A stretch of 64,000 bases of DNA from an uncultured Chloroflexia bacterium (lineage in GTDB: Bacteria > Chloroflexota > Anaerolineae > CG2-30-64-16), in assembly GCA_963774265.1 (NCBI GenBank), contig CAVZDU010000001.1, positions 704,001-768,000 on the forward strand, in the 5' to 3' direction. The position numbers were made by a program, and so were the translations under genes. Within the stretch, counting starts at the first letter, position 1, and every line of letters starts with the position of its first letter. This document shows positions 1 through 9,360 of this stretch, in pieces. The notes below the pieces were generated by a model. That model ran no database searches, was not told the origin of the DNA, and worked only from the letters and a program-made list of their open reading frames with translations.

Positions 1-485
1 GGCTCCGCTACCAGGCCAGGCGCCGCGGAGAGTCGCTCGACCTCGAAATGAAAATGCGAGCCGAGCCGATCGCGTTCTTGAACTGGTCGCCGGGCAGCCT
101 CGACTGGAACGTACGCCTCAACCCGGGCGTGCCGTTGAGCCTGAAGTGTGAGACGGGCGCGAGCGAGAGTGTGCTCGATTTGCGTGACCTGAAGGTGACT
201 GAACTTAAGCTTGAGACCGGCGCCAGTAAGCTCCAGGTGACGCTGCCCGCGAGTGCGGGTTTCACGCGGGTCAAGGTGGAAGCCGGCGCTGCGCGGGTGG
301 ATCTCCGCGTCCCGGGTGGGGTTGCCGGTCGGATCCGGACCAGCGCAGGCCTTTCCTCCGTGACGGTGGACGAGACCCGCTTCCCCGGTTTTGACAACCG
401 CTATCAGTCGCCGGACTACGAGACCGCGGCCAACAAAGTCGACATCGATATCGAAACCGGTGTCGGTTCGGTGTCGGTGAGCTGA
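1..485 (+). CDS. LiaF/toastrack (DUF2154/DUF4097-like) beta-solenoid envelope protein, 5'-truncated by window edge
   Basis: Repeating 'LxxExGAS..LDL' beta-strand motifs, ending 'IDIETGVGSVSVS'. Confidence 0.65.
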   Translation, partial: LRYQARRRGESLDLEMKMRAEPIAFLNWSPGSLDWNVRLNPGVPLSLKCETGASESVLDLRDLKVTELKLETGASKLQVTLPASAGFTRVKVEAGAARVDLRVPGGVAGRIRTSAGLSSVTVDETRFPGFDNRYQSPDYETAANKVDIDIETGVGSVSVS

Positions 486-497
486 ACGAGTGCAGAA

Positions 498-557
498 GCA
501 GAGCATCCTGAGCGAAGGTCGGCACTGTTTGCCGACCGGAGTCGAAGGACGCTCTGC
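498..557. repeat. REP-like palindromic element (CCTGAGC...GTCGAAGG class)
   Basis: Outer stem GCAGAGCATCC/GGACGCTCTGC, inner stem GGTCGGCA/TGCCGACC; intergenic. Confidence 0.55.
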
Positions 558-620
558 GCTTCGTTGACGGATCCATTACGATTAAAGTATACTTCTCCCA
601 CATTCAGGGAGGAGACGTCA

Positions 621-1674
621 ATGAAGACCTCAACCAGATGCTCCGTCCTCGCTCTCGTCCTTGCGATGGTTCTCGCCATCCTCTCAACCGCGGCCCGCCC
701 CACAGAAGCAGTGTCGACCACTATCGTGATAAGTCAGGTGTATGGCGGCGGTGGCAACGTGGGCGCCACCTACACGCATGACTTTGTCGAGTTGTTCAAC
801 CGTGGCACGGCCACCGAGTCGCTGGATGGCTGGTCGATTCAGTACGCCAGCTCGACCGGCTCCAGTAACTTCGGCGCAAGCGCCACCCAGATCACGCCGC
901 TCAGCGGCTCCCTGGACCCGGGCCATTATCTGCTCGTTCAAGGCGCGTCGACGGCCGCGGTCGGTGCACCGCTGCCCATGCCCGATATCACGGATGAGAA
1001 TCCGATCACGTTGTCGGGAACGACGGGGAAGGTGGCCCTGGCGACCACTGCTGAGTCTCTCGGCTGCAACGGCGGATCCACGCCCTGCACGCCTGCGCAG
1101 CTTGCCTTGATCGTGGACCTGGTGGGCTATGGTACGGCGAACTTCTTCGAGGGAAGTGTTGCGCCTGCGCCGAGTAACACCACCTCGATCTCGCGGTGTG
1201 ACGAATGGCTGCACCGACACCGACGACAACGGTGCCGACTTCGCGACAGGTGCGCCCGCACCGCGCAGCACCGCGTCGCCGATCACGAGCTGCTCCGTTG
1301 TGGACGCGGGTCCGACAGTCATCTCCACCGTTCCCGCTGATAGCGCCGTTGGCGTGGCGCCCGACGCCGACATTTCCGTCACCTTCAGCGAACCCGTGGA
1401 CGTGACCGGCGCCTGGTTCGACCTGGCCTGCAGCCTCAGCGGTTCGCATACGGCGGGCGTCAGCGGCGGCCCGCTGGTCTTCGTTCTCGATCCCCCTGCG
1501 AGCTTCGTGGACGGCGATGCGTGCACCCTGACAATCTTGGCAGCCATGGTCATAGACCAGGACTCGAATGACCCGCCGGACAACATGGAGGCGAATTTCG
1601 TGGCCGGATTCAGCGTGAGCGCTCCGCACCTGATGAAGTTTGCCTTCATCCCCTACGTTATCGCGTCTCAGTAA
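621..1674 (+). CDS. Secreted lamin-tail-domain protein with Ig-like (Big_5) domain; one frameshift near 1200
   Basis: RBS GGAGG and ATG 621; signal peptide; '[10 protein letters not shown]...DFVELFN' LTD motif; '[10 protein letters not shown]...ISVTFSEPV' Ig-like motif in the second frame. Confidence 0.8.
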
Positions 1675-2713
1675 TCTTATGCAGCGCTCGCGGCCGGTCG
1701 GGGTCCAGGTCGCGCGAGTTGGCAAGGTGCATGGCGAGCAACTGGCCCGGCACGATTGCACAAAGGGGTGAAAGCCATTCGGGGACACCGCGGGGCAGCG
1801 TAAGGGCCACCCGGCCGAGCGCAAGCGCCTCGTCATCATCGCTGATCACAATCAGTTCGGCCCCTCGCTCTTTGGCCGTCCCCATGAAGCTCTTCAGCTC
1901 GGGCAGCATTGTCCCGGAAGGGGCAATGACGATGACCGGAAAACCCGGTGCGATCACTGCCAGCGGACCGTGCAGGAAATCGGCGCTGGAGTACGGCTCG
2001 ACGACGGTGTAGGTCATCTCCTTTAGTTTCAGCGCGAGCTCGAAGGCGGTGGAATAGTTATAACCCCGACCGATGGTGACACACGACTGCATGTAGCGGT
2101 AGCGCTCCGCAATGCCATCGAGCGCGCTGTTCATCATCAATGCCTGGCGCACCTGTCCTGAAATGGCCTCCAGGGCCTCGCTCTGCCGCCGATCGCCGCT
2201 CAGTGCGACGCTCAGCAGCGCGATCGCTCCCAGCTCTGCCGTGTAGGTCTTGGTGGCCGCCACGGCTTTTTCTTCGCCGGCGTGCAGGTCGATCCCGAAT
2301 TCGGCCGCCTGGCCCAGATCGGACCCCGAGAAGTTCGTGATCGCTGCGGTCAAAGCTCCCTGGCGTCTCGCCTCGCTCACCACCGAAACGATATCCGGGC
2401 TCTTGCCGCTCTGGCTGATCCCCAGCACCAGCGCATGGGGTCCGAAGTTCGGCGGCGCGTCGTAGATCGTGAACAGGCTGGGTGTGGCCAGTCCGACGTA
2501 CAGCCGGTTGACCGACCCCAGCAGATACTGGGCATAGCGACCTGCGTTGTCGCTCGTGCCGCGCGCAGCGATCACAACGTATTGGATCTCACGCCGCTTC
2601 ATCTCGGACGCCAGCGCTTCCGCTGCATCGCGTTCGGCTTGGTAGAGTCGAGCCAGCACGTCCGGCTGCTCGTGGATCTCCTGGTGCACGTAGGTGGTTT
2701 GTAGTTCAATCAT
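1658..2713 (-). CDS. SIS-domain sugar isomerase/deaminase (GlmS C-terminal-like)
   Basis: 'EIHEQP', 'ARGTS', 'SQSG', 'AVAATKTY', 'ALKLKE', 'HGP', C-terminal '[11 protein letters not shown]'; no glutaminase domain. Confidence 0.85.
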   Translation of the reverse strand: MIELQTTYVHQEIHEQPDVLARLYQAERDAAEALASEMKRREIQYVVIAARGTSDNAGRYAQYLLGSVNRLYVGLATPSLFTIYDAPPNFGPHALVLGISQSGKSPDIVSVVSEARRQGALTAAITNFSGSDLGQAAEFGIDLHAGEEKAVAATKTYTAELGAIALLSVALSGDRRQSEALEAISGQVRQALMMNSALDGIAERYRYMQSCVTIGRGYNYSTAFELALKLKEMTYTVVEPYSSADFLHGPLAVIAPGFPVIVIAPSGTMLPELKSFMGTAKERGAELIVISDDDEALALGRVALTLPRGVPEWLSPLCAIVPGQLLAMHLANSRDLDPDRPRALHKITETR

Positions 2714-2738
2714 GGGTGCCTCGCTGCCTGTCTGTAGC

Positions 2739-4130
2739 CTATGCTCGTCGTAAGGGCGGCAGGCTGGCCGCCGCGATCGATTGCCCGACGCGACGGCTCT
2801 TCTCGTCTGGCAACTGGATGTTGATGGCCGCGGCAATCTCGGGAAACTCGGCTGCCCATACCGCCTTAGCGCCGTCCAGGATCAGGTTGCCGCCACGACC
2901 CGAGGTGACCCTGCCCAGGATCAATACGTGCTTGAGGTCGTAGAAACTGGCGTAGTGGGCCAGCCCGTACCCGAGATAGATGCCGATGCTCTCCCAGATC
3001 TGTTGCGCGCCGGCATGACCCGCTTCGAGGTAGTTCTGGACATGCTTCAGCTTCTCGGCCTTGGTGGCGCCCTCGGGCAAATCAATGCCCACGCGGGGCG
3101 CCAGGCGGAAGACGCACTGCTGCGAGAAGTATTGCGATCCCACGCCGATGTCGCCCGACCATTCGTCCGCGGGTGCGGCCGGGTTGTAGTCGACGGGCGC
3201 GAAGGCGAGTTCGTTCAGCCAGCCGGTGATTGATCCGTGCAGGTCCACGTACCCCGCGGCCTCGCTGGAGCCCAGCGCCATGCCCAACACGCCATCATCT
3301 TCCAGCGACATGGCGCCGGCCAGCGCAGTCACGTCGCCGTCATTGATCACTTCGAGCGGCGCCCCGAACTCGTCCCGGAGCCGCAGGAACATGGTGCGGA
3401 TTTCACCGTAGCGCTCGGCAGGCACGCCGCGAAAAAGCGAGGCCACCATGGGCTGGTTGTCCACGTAGATGCCCGCGGAGCTGCCGCCGATGGCATCGAG
3501 CCGTGTCAGTTTCGACTGGGCCAACTGTAACGCAGCGCGGATTCGGGAATAGTGATAGTTTGGATCCGCCTGTTCGACAGGTTCCCAGACGATCTCCTCG
3601 CTGAAGATCGGTTCACCGTCGACCACGGCCGACACTTTCAGATCGGATGCACCCAGATCGAAACCGATGCGGCAGCCGTCGAGATGACGGCCCAACGCCT
3701 GGCCGCCCTCCCGGGCCGGAGGAACCTCGTCGGCTGTGCACGGGACCACCGTGAATGGCCGTTGGTAGACCTGTTCGCCCAGGAAGCGGTAGTCGAACTG
3801 CCGTACGCCGTTTGGGGCGTAGACCCCGGTGATATGCTCGCCGATCGCCTGTGGGCCGCCGACAAAGAGCTGCCACCCTCCGCGTGCCCAGAGCAAGAAC
3901 TTGACCAGGCGCTCGACATGCTGCAGGTTGGCAGTGAAACGCGGGTGTCCTTGGGGGAAGACCCGCGTCGCAAAGCGTGACAGTTCGCCGTTAGCTCGTT
4001 CTAACCCCAGCACCAGGGGAGCGCCCCCGCCAGCCGCCGCGACCTCCGCGTTGAACGCGCGAATCGCCAGGACTGCCGGCCGGAAATCGGGGTCCAATGG
4101 TGGGGTGAAGCGCGGTTGGGGAAGAATCAT
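2739..4130 (-). CDS. ROK-family sugar kinase-like protein with long N-terminal extension
   Basis: 'IGFDLGAS', '[11 protein letters not shown]', 'LGSSEAAG', 'NELAF' motifs; start may be 4169. Confidence 0.75.
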   Translation of the reverse strand: MILPQPRFTPPLDPDFRPAVLAIRAFNAEVAAAGGGAPLVLGLERANGELSRFATRVFPQGHPRFTANLQHVERLVKFLLWARGGWQLFVGGPQAIGEHITGVYAPNGVRQFDYRFLGEQVYQRPFTVVPCTADEVPPAREGGQALGRHLDGCRIGFDLGASDLKVSAVVDGEPIFSEEIVWEPVEQADPNYHYSRIRAALQLAQSKLTRLDAIGGSSAGIYVDNQPMVASLFRGVPAERYGEIRTMFLRLRDEFGAPLEVINDGDVTALAGAMSLEDDGVLGMALGSSEAAGYVDLHGSITGWLNELAFAPVDYNPAAPADEWSGDIGVGSQYFSQQCVFRLAPRVGIDLPEGATKAEKLKHVQNYLEAGHAGAQQIWESIGIYLGYGLAHYASFYDLKHVLILGRVTSGRGGNLILDGAKAVWAAEFPEIAAAINIQLPDEKSRRVGQSIAAASLPPLRRA

Positions 4131-4226
4131 GGATGTCAACTCTGCAACTCCGTCATCAGCTTCCAGCATATCCCTAAACAGTGGCTATCCGGGCCGTTTG
4201 TTCGCTGGCCGCCCGCCGCCGGAATC

Positions 4227-4252
4227 AAAAAGCCCCCTATCTCAGAGGGCTT
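4227..4252 (-). terminator. Intrinsic terminator after nadD
   Basis: Minus strand AAGCCCTCT-gagat-AGGGGGCTT followed by a T-run. Confidence 0.6.
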
Positions 4253-4272
4253 CGCTTTCGGACCAGTGATCT

Positions 4273-4911
4273 CTAGGCCCTGGCGCTCGACCGGTACAAT
4301 CTGCGTTCCTCGATGTACATACGCACCGGCTCCGTCACCATATACCGGATGCTGCGGCCCTTGCCCACTCGCTCGCGTAGGTCGTGCGATGCGATCTCAA
4401 GCTCCGGCATATCCAACAGCGTCACCCGCTGGCGGACTCCGGGCAGCTTCTCCTCCAGGGTGTCCCAATGGATCGGGATGTCGGGCCGGGTGAGCGCCAC
4501 CAGGTGCGCGGTGCGGATGAGTTGTGCGGGCTCGCGCCACTTTGGCAGATCGCGCAGGCTGTCGAAGCCCATCAGGAAGAATAGCTCCGCATCGGGCGGC
4601 AACTGGTCCCGCACGAGCTTCACCAGGTCGATCGTGTAGTGGGGACCGGGCCGGTCCGCATCGACGCGGGAGAGTCGGAAGCACGGGTTGTCGGCGATGG
4701 CCAGCTCGGTCATGCGCACGCGATCCGCCACCGGCGTCATCGCCAGGTCGAGCTTGTGCGGCGGCTGGCCGGCGGGCGCCAGATGCACCTCCGACAGCCC
4801 AAGCTGATCGCGTGCTTCCTCGGCCAACAGCAGATGGCCTATGTGTGGCGGATCGAAGCTGCCGCCCAGCAGTCCCACGCGCAACGTGCGCGACGCGGGC
4901 CGTGCGCTCAT
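4273..4911 (-). CDS. nadD: Nicotinate-nucleotide adenylyltransferase
   Basis: 'GGSFDPPHIGH' HxGH motif, 'PPHK', 'FLMGFDS'. Confidence 0.95.
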   Translation of the reverse strand: MSARPASRTLRVGLLGGSFDPPHIGHLLLAEEARDQLGLSEVHLAPAGQPPHKLDLAMTPVADRVRMTELAIADNPCFRLSRVDADRPGPHYTIDLVKLVRDQLPPDAELFFLMGFDSLRDLPKWREPAQLIRTAHLVALTRPDIPIHWDTLEEKLPGVRQRVTLLDMPELEIASHDLRERVGKGRSIRYMVTEPVRMYIEERRLYRSSARA

Positions 4912-4912
4912 C

Positions 4913-6181
4913 TCAGTCGCTCCACTCGAGCTCCTTGTCTCCGATGCGCACCGTGTCGCCGACCTCGACCCCGCGTTGTACTAGTGCATCCGTGATTCCG
5001 AGCGCCTTCATGATCCGTTGGAACCGCATCACGGCATCGTAGTACTCCCAGCGCGTCATCTTCACGATGCGCTCGATGCGCCGGCCGCGGACGCGCCACG
5101 TGCCGTCCATGTCGTGCTCGATGGAGAAGCTCATGTCCTCTTCGCGCGTCGGCGGCGACAGTGGCTGCACATCTCCCAACTTGGGTGGTGGGGGCAGCTC
5201 AGCAAGGGTGTCGGCTGCGCGGCGCAACAACGCCTGCACCCCCTCGCCCGATACCGCCGAGATCGCCATTGGTTCGGGCACGCCTCTCTGTTTCAGCCCA
5301 GCCGCCAGCGTCGGCCAGCGCACCTGAACGTCTGACAGATCCATCTTGTTCACCACGACGATCTGAGGTTTCTCGGCCAGCAGCGTGTTGAACAACTGGA
5401 GTTCCTGGTTGATGACTCCATAATCCCCCAGGGGGTCGGGGCTCATGCCATCCAGTAGATGGACAACCAGCCGCGTGCGCTCGATGTGGCGTAGAAATTT
5501 CAGGCCGAGCCCTACACCGTCGTGCGCGCCCTCAATCAGCCCGGGGATATCGGCCCACACCATATCGCGGTTGTCGATCAGCACCGTGCCCAAACTTGGC
5601 TCCAGCGTGGTGAAGGGGTAATCCGCGATCTTCGGCCGCGCAGCGCTGATCCGGCTCAGCAGCGTCGATTTCCCTGCATTCGGGATGCCCACGATTCCGA
5701 CGTCGGCCAGCAACTTCAACTCCAGCCGTAAGGCGCGCTCCTCGCCCGGCTCACCGTTTTCCGCAATGCGCGGGGCCTGTTGGACAGGCGAGCGGAACGT
5801 CCAGTTGCCGCGGCCGCCGCGACCTGCGCTCGCCACCAGCACGCGTTGGCCTGGTTCGGTGAGGTCAGCCACCAGCATGCCGCTTTCGGTCTCATAGGCC
5901 ACTGTGCCCACGGGGACCTTGATGATCAGGTCCTCGCCGCTCGCGCCGGTTTGGTTTTTCCCGCTGCCGTGACTGCCGTCTGTAGCCTTGAAGTACATCT
6001 TGTGGGTGAACGCAATAAGGGTGTTCGCCTGCGTGTCCGCCTCCAGATACACGTCCCCGCCTTTTCCGCCGTTGCCCCCACTGGGACCGCCGCGCGGGAC
6101 GTGTGCCTCGCGCCGAAATGCGACCGCGCCATTTCCGCCGTCGCCTGCTTTAACGTTGATCCTGGCTTCATCGATAAACAT
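4913..6181 (-). CDS. obgE: GTPase ObgE/CgtA
   Basis: Gly-rich Obg fold, 'GIPNAGKS', 'DYPFTT', 'DIPG', 'NKMD', C-terminal DUF1967-type tail. Confidence 0.97.
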   Translation of the reverse strand: MFIDEARINVKAGDGGNGAVAFRREAHVPRGGPSGGNGGKGGDVYLEADTQANTLIAFTHKMYFKATDGSHGSGKNQTGASGEDLIIKVPVGTVAYETESGMLVADLTEPGQRVLVASAGRGGRGNWTFRSPVQQAPRIAENGEPGEERALRLELKLLADVGIVGIPNAGKSTLLSRISAARPKIADYPFTTLEPSLGTVLIDNRDMVWADIPGLIEGAHDGVGLGLKFLRHIERTRLVVHLLDGMSPDPLGDYGVINQELQLFNTLLAEKPQIVVVNKMDLSDVQVRWPTLAAGLKQRGVPEPMAISAVSGEGVQALLRRAADTLAELPPPPKLGDVQPLSPPTREEDMSFSIEHDMDGTWRVRGRRIERIVKMTRWEYYDAVMRFQRIMKALGITDALVQRGVEVGDTVRIGDKELEWSD

Positions 6182-6187
6182 GATGAG

Positions 6188-6216
6188 AGAATACACGCGT
6201 TGACAAGCCCTGTCAA
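6188..6216 (-). promoter_or_regulatory. Sigma70 promoter of obgE (probably leaderless)
   Basis: TTGACA-17 nt-TATTCT, then 6 nt to ATG 6181. Confidence 0.65.
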
Positions 6217-6225
6217 AGCATCGCG

Positions 6226-6279
6226 CTTACACACTTCTAACATTTGTCCAATGCGGTTCTAACGTCCGTCTCCTATCAT
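6226..6279 (+). promoter_or_regulatory. 11-bp-period direct repeats and -10 box upstream of hsp20 pair
   Basis: CTTAC 6226, CTAAC 6237, CCAAT 6248, CTAAC 6259; TATCAT 6274-6279. Confidence 0.45.
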
Positions 6280-6328
6280 GGTGAATGTAAGCAATGTATT
6301 GAATTGAAAGCGATAGGAGGGATATCGT

Positions 6329-6784
6329 ATGGCAAATCTAGTGCGTTTGGAGCCGGCTCGCGAAATGTTGAGCCTGCGCGAAGCCATGGATCGGCTTTTT
6401 GAGGAGAGCTTCCTGCGACCCGGTTCGTTCGGCGTTGGCGATTCTGCCGCCGCCGTGCTGCCGCTGGACATGTACGAGACCGAAAACGACGTCGTCGTCA
6501 AGGCGGCCATTCCGGGTGTCCAGCCGGAAGACATCGAAGTCACCGTGACGGGCGATCTGCTCAGCATCAAGGGCGAGTTCCGGTCCGAAACCGAGCAGAA
6601 AGACGAGAAGCGCAATTACCATCGGCAAGAGCGCCGCTACGGGAGCTTCTCCCGGCAGGTTACCTTGCCGTCGGGGGTCAACGCGGATGCGTGCGCCGCT
6701 GACTTTGAGAACGGGGTCCTGACCCTGAAGCTGCCCAAGGTCGAAGAGGCCAGGGTTAAGAAAGTTCAGATTCAGAGCAAGTAA
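6329..6784 (+). CDS. Hsp20/alpha-crystallin small heat-shock protein
   Basis: 'LDMYET', 'IPGV', 'ERRYGSFSR', 'NGVLTLKLPK'. Confidence 0.95.
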   Translation: MANLVRLEPAREMLSLREAMDRLFEESFLRPGSFGVGDSAAAVLPLDMYETENDVVVKAAIPGVQPEDIEVTVTGDLLSIKGEFRSETEQKDEKRNYHRQERRYGSFSRQVTLPSGVNADACAADFENGVLTLKLPKVEEARVKKVQIQSK

Positions 6785-6799
6785 CGGAGGATTGAAGAG

Positions 6800-7261
6800 A
6801 TGGCTGAGATGACACGTTGGGATCCATTCCGCGAGGCAGTGACGTTGCGTGAGGCGATGGATCGCCTTTTTGAGGATAGCTATACACCCGCGCGTCGCAG
6901 CGATCAGGCGGCTGCGCAAGTCTGGCGGCTGCCGCTAGACGCCTATGTAACGGCTGAGGAAATCATCGTTCTGGCCAACATGCCAGGCGTCAAGCCGGAA
7001 GAGGTCGAGATCACGATCGAGGGCGACACCCTCACCATTCGCGGCGAGCGTCCGATGCCCATCGAAAATGTCAACTATGTGATGCAGGAGCGCACGTTCG
7101 GAAAGTTCCAGCGCACGCTCAACATCAATATCCCAGTAGACGCTAACCGGGCCGAAGCTCGTTACGACAACGGGCTGTTGACCCTGGTCATTCCGAAGGC
7201 CGAAGCTGCCAAGCCGAAAGTGATTCAGGTAGCGACAAAGCAAGCACAGCCGGCAGCGTAA
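6800..7261 (+). CDS. Hsp20/alpha-crystallin small heat-shock protein (paralogue)
   Basis: 'RWDPFRE', 'ERTFGKFQR', 'NGLLTLVIPK'. Confidence 0.95.
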   Translation: MAEMTRWDPFREAVTLREAMDRLFEDSYTPARRSDQAAAQVWRLPLDAYVTAEEIIVLANMPGVKPEEVEITIEGDTLTIRGERPMPIENVNYVMQERTFGKFQRTLNINIPVDANRAEARYDNGLLTLVIPKAEAAKPKVIQVATKQAQPAA

Positions 7262-7304
7262 GTGGATAGACAGTAGTGATCAGAGGTTGAGTTGACTACA
7301 CAGT

Positions 7305-7341
7305 AAGACGAGGGCCGTTCAGACCCTCGTCTTGCTATTTT
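7305..7341 (+). terminator. Terminator hairpin between convergent hsp20 and thioesterase
   Basis: AAGACGAGGG/CCCTCGTCTT stem followed by gctatttt. Confidence 0.6.
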
Positions 7342-7798
7342 ACGGCCGTTCGATCCGTATTCCTTGTTTCGCTTCTATCATCTTAATGATCTCCTCCGGC
7401 ACTATCTGGCTTACGCCTGTTCGATAGTCATACCACACCTGCGTGCTGCATCCGTCGGCGAGCAGCCGGCCCGTCTTTTCATCTAGCATCCGGTACTCAA
7501 ATACGAAGCTCTTGCGCCCCACCTGCGACACCCAGGTCTCCACCACAGGTGTATCCTCCAGCGTCACCGGTGAGCGATAGTGACACGTGACTTCGGCCAG
7601 GATGAACTGAAAATCTACCGGCAGCATCGTTTGGCGATCGATCGGTGCGTCCGGTCCCAGTAGCTCCCGGATATAGGCCAGACGCGCGTGCTCGAAATAG
7701 GTGATGAAGACCGCATTGTTGACGTGGCCCAGCGCGTCCAGATCGCGCCAACGAATCTGCACGCGCACCCGAATTGGTGTGGGAACGACTTCAACCAT
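7340..7798 (-). CDS. Acyl-CoA thioesterase (4HBT/YbgC hotdog family)
   Basis: 'RWRDLDALGHVNNAVFITYFEHAR'. Confidence 0.9.
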   Translation of the reverse strand: MVEVVPTPIRVRVQIRWRDLDALGHVNNAVFITYFEHARLAYIRELLGPDAPIDRQTMLPVDFQFILAEVTCHYRSPVTLEDTPVVETWVSQVGRKSFVFEYRMLDEKTGRLLADGCSTQVWYDYRTGVSQIVPEEIIKMIEAKQGIRIERP

Positions 7799-7924
7799 AA
7801 CAGCGTCTCCAAGCGTGAGGCGATAACGATAGCACGTTATCGCACGTTACTCGGCGCCTGTCAAAACCGGCGATTGTTTGGTAATTCACCCGGCCGCGTG
7901 ATAAAATGACTTGAAGGAGTCTGC

Positions 7925-8591
7925 ATGGATTTACGCGCCTATCTCAATATTCTGAAGCGTCGTGGCTGGATTATTCTTGTCACCGCAGTCCTTGCCATGG
8001 TCCTTGCCGGTGGCCTCAGCCTGATCCAAACCAAAACATACCGCGCCACCGCGCGGCATCAGCGCAGTCCCCGCGCGACCTGATTGGGGCCTGGGTTCCA
8101 GCGCTAAGGACCTTCTTCGCAACTTCGTGCTCAACATCAACACGCACGAAATGGCCAACGAAGTGATTTCGACCGCGCGGCTCGACATGAGTTCTTATGA
8201 CCTATTGGCCAAGCTCACCGTCAGCGCGGAGCCGGATAACTTCGCGATTCGCATCGACGCGGTGGATGAGGACCCCCAGGTGGCGACGAAGATTGTGCTC
8301 ACCCTGGGCGAATTGTTCGTCCGCGAGCGGACAGCGTACTACAACACGCAGGACAAGGCCAATCGTATCGAGGTTGTGCTCGTGGACACCGTCATCGATG
8401 CCCCGCTCTACCGCCCGAACATCAAGATGAACCTGATTGCGGGTTTCGCGCTCGGCGTGCTGATCGGCGCATTGATTGTCCTGGCTCTCGAATGGATGGC
8501 CGGTGACATCCTGGCCACCCCTGAGCATGTCCAACGGCTAACCGGTTTACCCGTGCTCGGCGTCATTCCGTCGAGCGGCAAACGTAACTGA
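7925..8591 (+). CDS. Wzz/CapA-like polysaccharide chain-length/co-polymerase protein; frameshift near 8055
   Basis: 'MDLRAYLNILKRRGWII...' N-terminal TM; C-terminal 'P..P...NL', TM, 'LPVLGVIP'. Confidence 0.8.
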
Positions 8592-8608
8592 GGTGTGAAG
8601 GAAACTCC

Positions 8609-9265
8609 ATGACTCTGAATCTGGCAACCCTGACCGCGCCCACCTCCCCTGTGGCTGAGGCCTATCGCCGTCTGCGAGTCAACCTGATGTCCGCCGGCAA
8701 AGGCGCGCCGCTTTGCACGATCCTGGTCGTCGCGGCCAGCGAATCCAAGGATAAGGCACTTGTGGTCGCCAACCTGGCCGTTGCCTTTGCCAAGGTCGGC
8801 AAGCGGGTCATTGTGGTTGATTGTGACCTGCGCCACCCCGCCCAGCACACGCTCTTCGGCCTCGGCACGAGTGCGGGCGTCACCACCGCGGTCAATGCCG
8901 AGCAGGCTCCCCTGCCCCTGCAAGCCACCGAGGTGGAGAACCTCTTCCTGCTCGCCGGTGGACCGAACGTGGAGGTGCCGTCCGATTTGCTCGCATCCCC
9001 GGCGATGGGCCGACTGGTGCATCGCCTGGAGGGCGAAGCAGACATCGTGCTATTTGATGCGCCACCTGTCACTGTGGCCACCGATGCTGCCGAGCTGGCG
9101 GTCCAGGTCGACGGCGTGCTTCTGACCGTGACCGCTGGCGTAACCAAGCGTGATGATGCCCAGCGAGCGAAGGAACTACTGGCCCAGGTGGGCGCTCGCG
9201 TGGTCGGTGTCGCCCTGGTGAACGCCGCGGCTGAGGCGGCGGTGCGCGACTACTTGGCCGCATAG
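8609..9265 (+). CDS. CpsD/CapB BY-kinase family protein with degenerate Walker A
   Basis: 'SPVAEAYRRLRVNL', 'VDCDLRHP', 'FDAPP'; P-loop reads 'AASESKDKA'. Confidence 0.8.
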   Translation: MTLNLATLTAPTSPVAEAYRRLRVNLMSAGKGAPLCTILVVAASESKDKALVVANLAVAFAKVGKRVIVVDCDLRHPAQHTLFGLGTSAGVTTAVNAEQAPLPLQATEVENLFLLAGGPNVEVPSDLLASPAMGRLVHRLEGEADIVLFDAPPVTVATDAAELAVQVDGVLLTVTAGVTKRDDAQRAKELLAQVGARVVGVALVNAAAEAAVRDYLAA

Positions 9266-9310
9266 TTGGTGTAAGGCAGATGCGCTGTCCACGGGGCGAT
9301 TCCCAGTCTG

Positions 9311-9343
9311 AGGGCGGGTTGGCATCAACTCGCCCTTTGCTTT
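9311..9343 (+). terminator. Terminator-like hairpin upstream of rfbB
   Basis: AGGGCGGGTTG-gcat-CAACTCGCCCT followed by TTGCTTT. Confidence 0.45.
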
Positions 9344-9360
9344 GAGAGGTGATGCGACTT

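Noticed and set aside
4130-4272. glmS ribozyme upstream of the ROK/SIS genes
   Set aside because: No recognisable core sequence, only a terminator hairpin. The SIS gene is not a full glmS.
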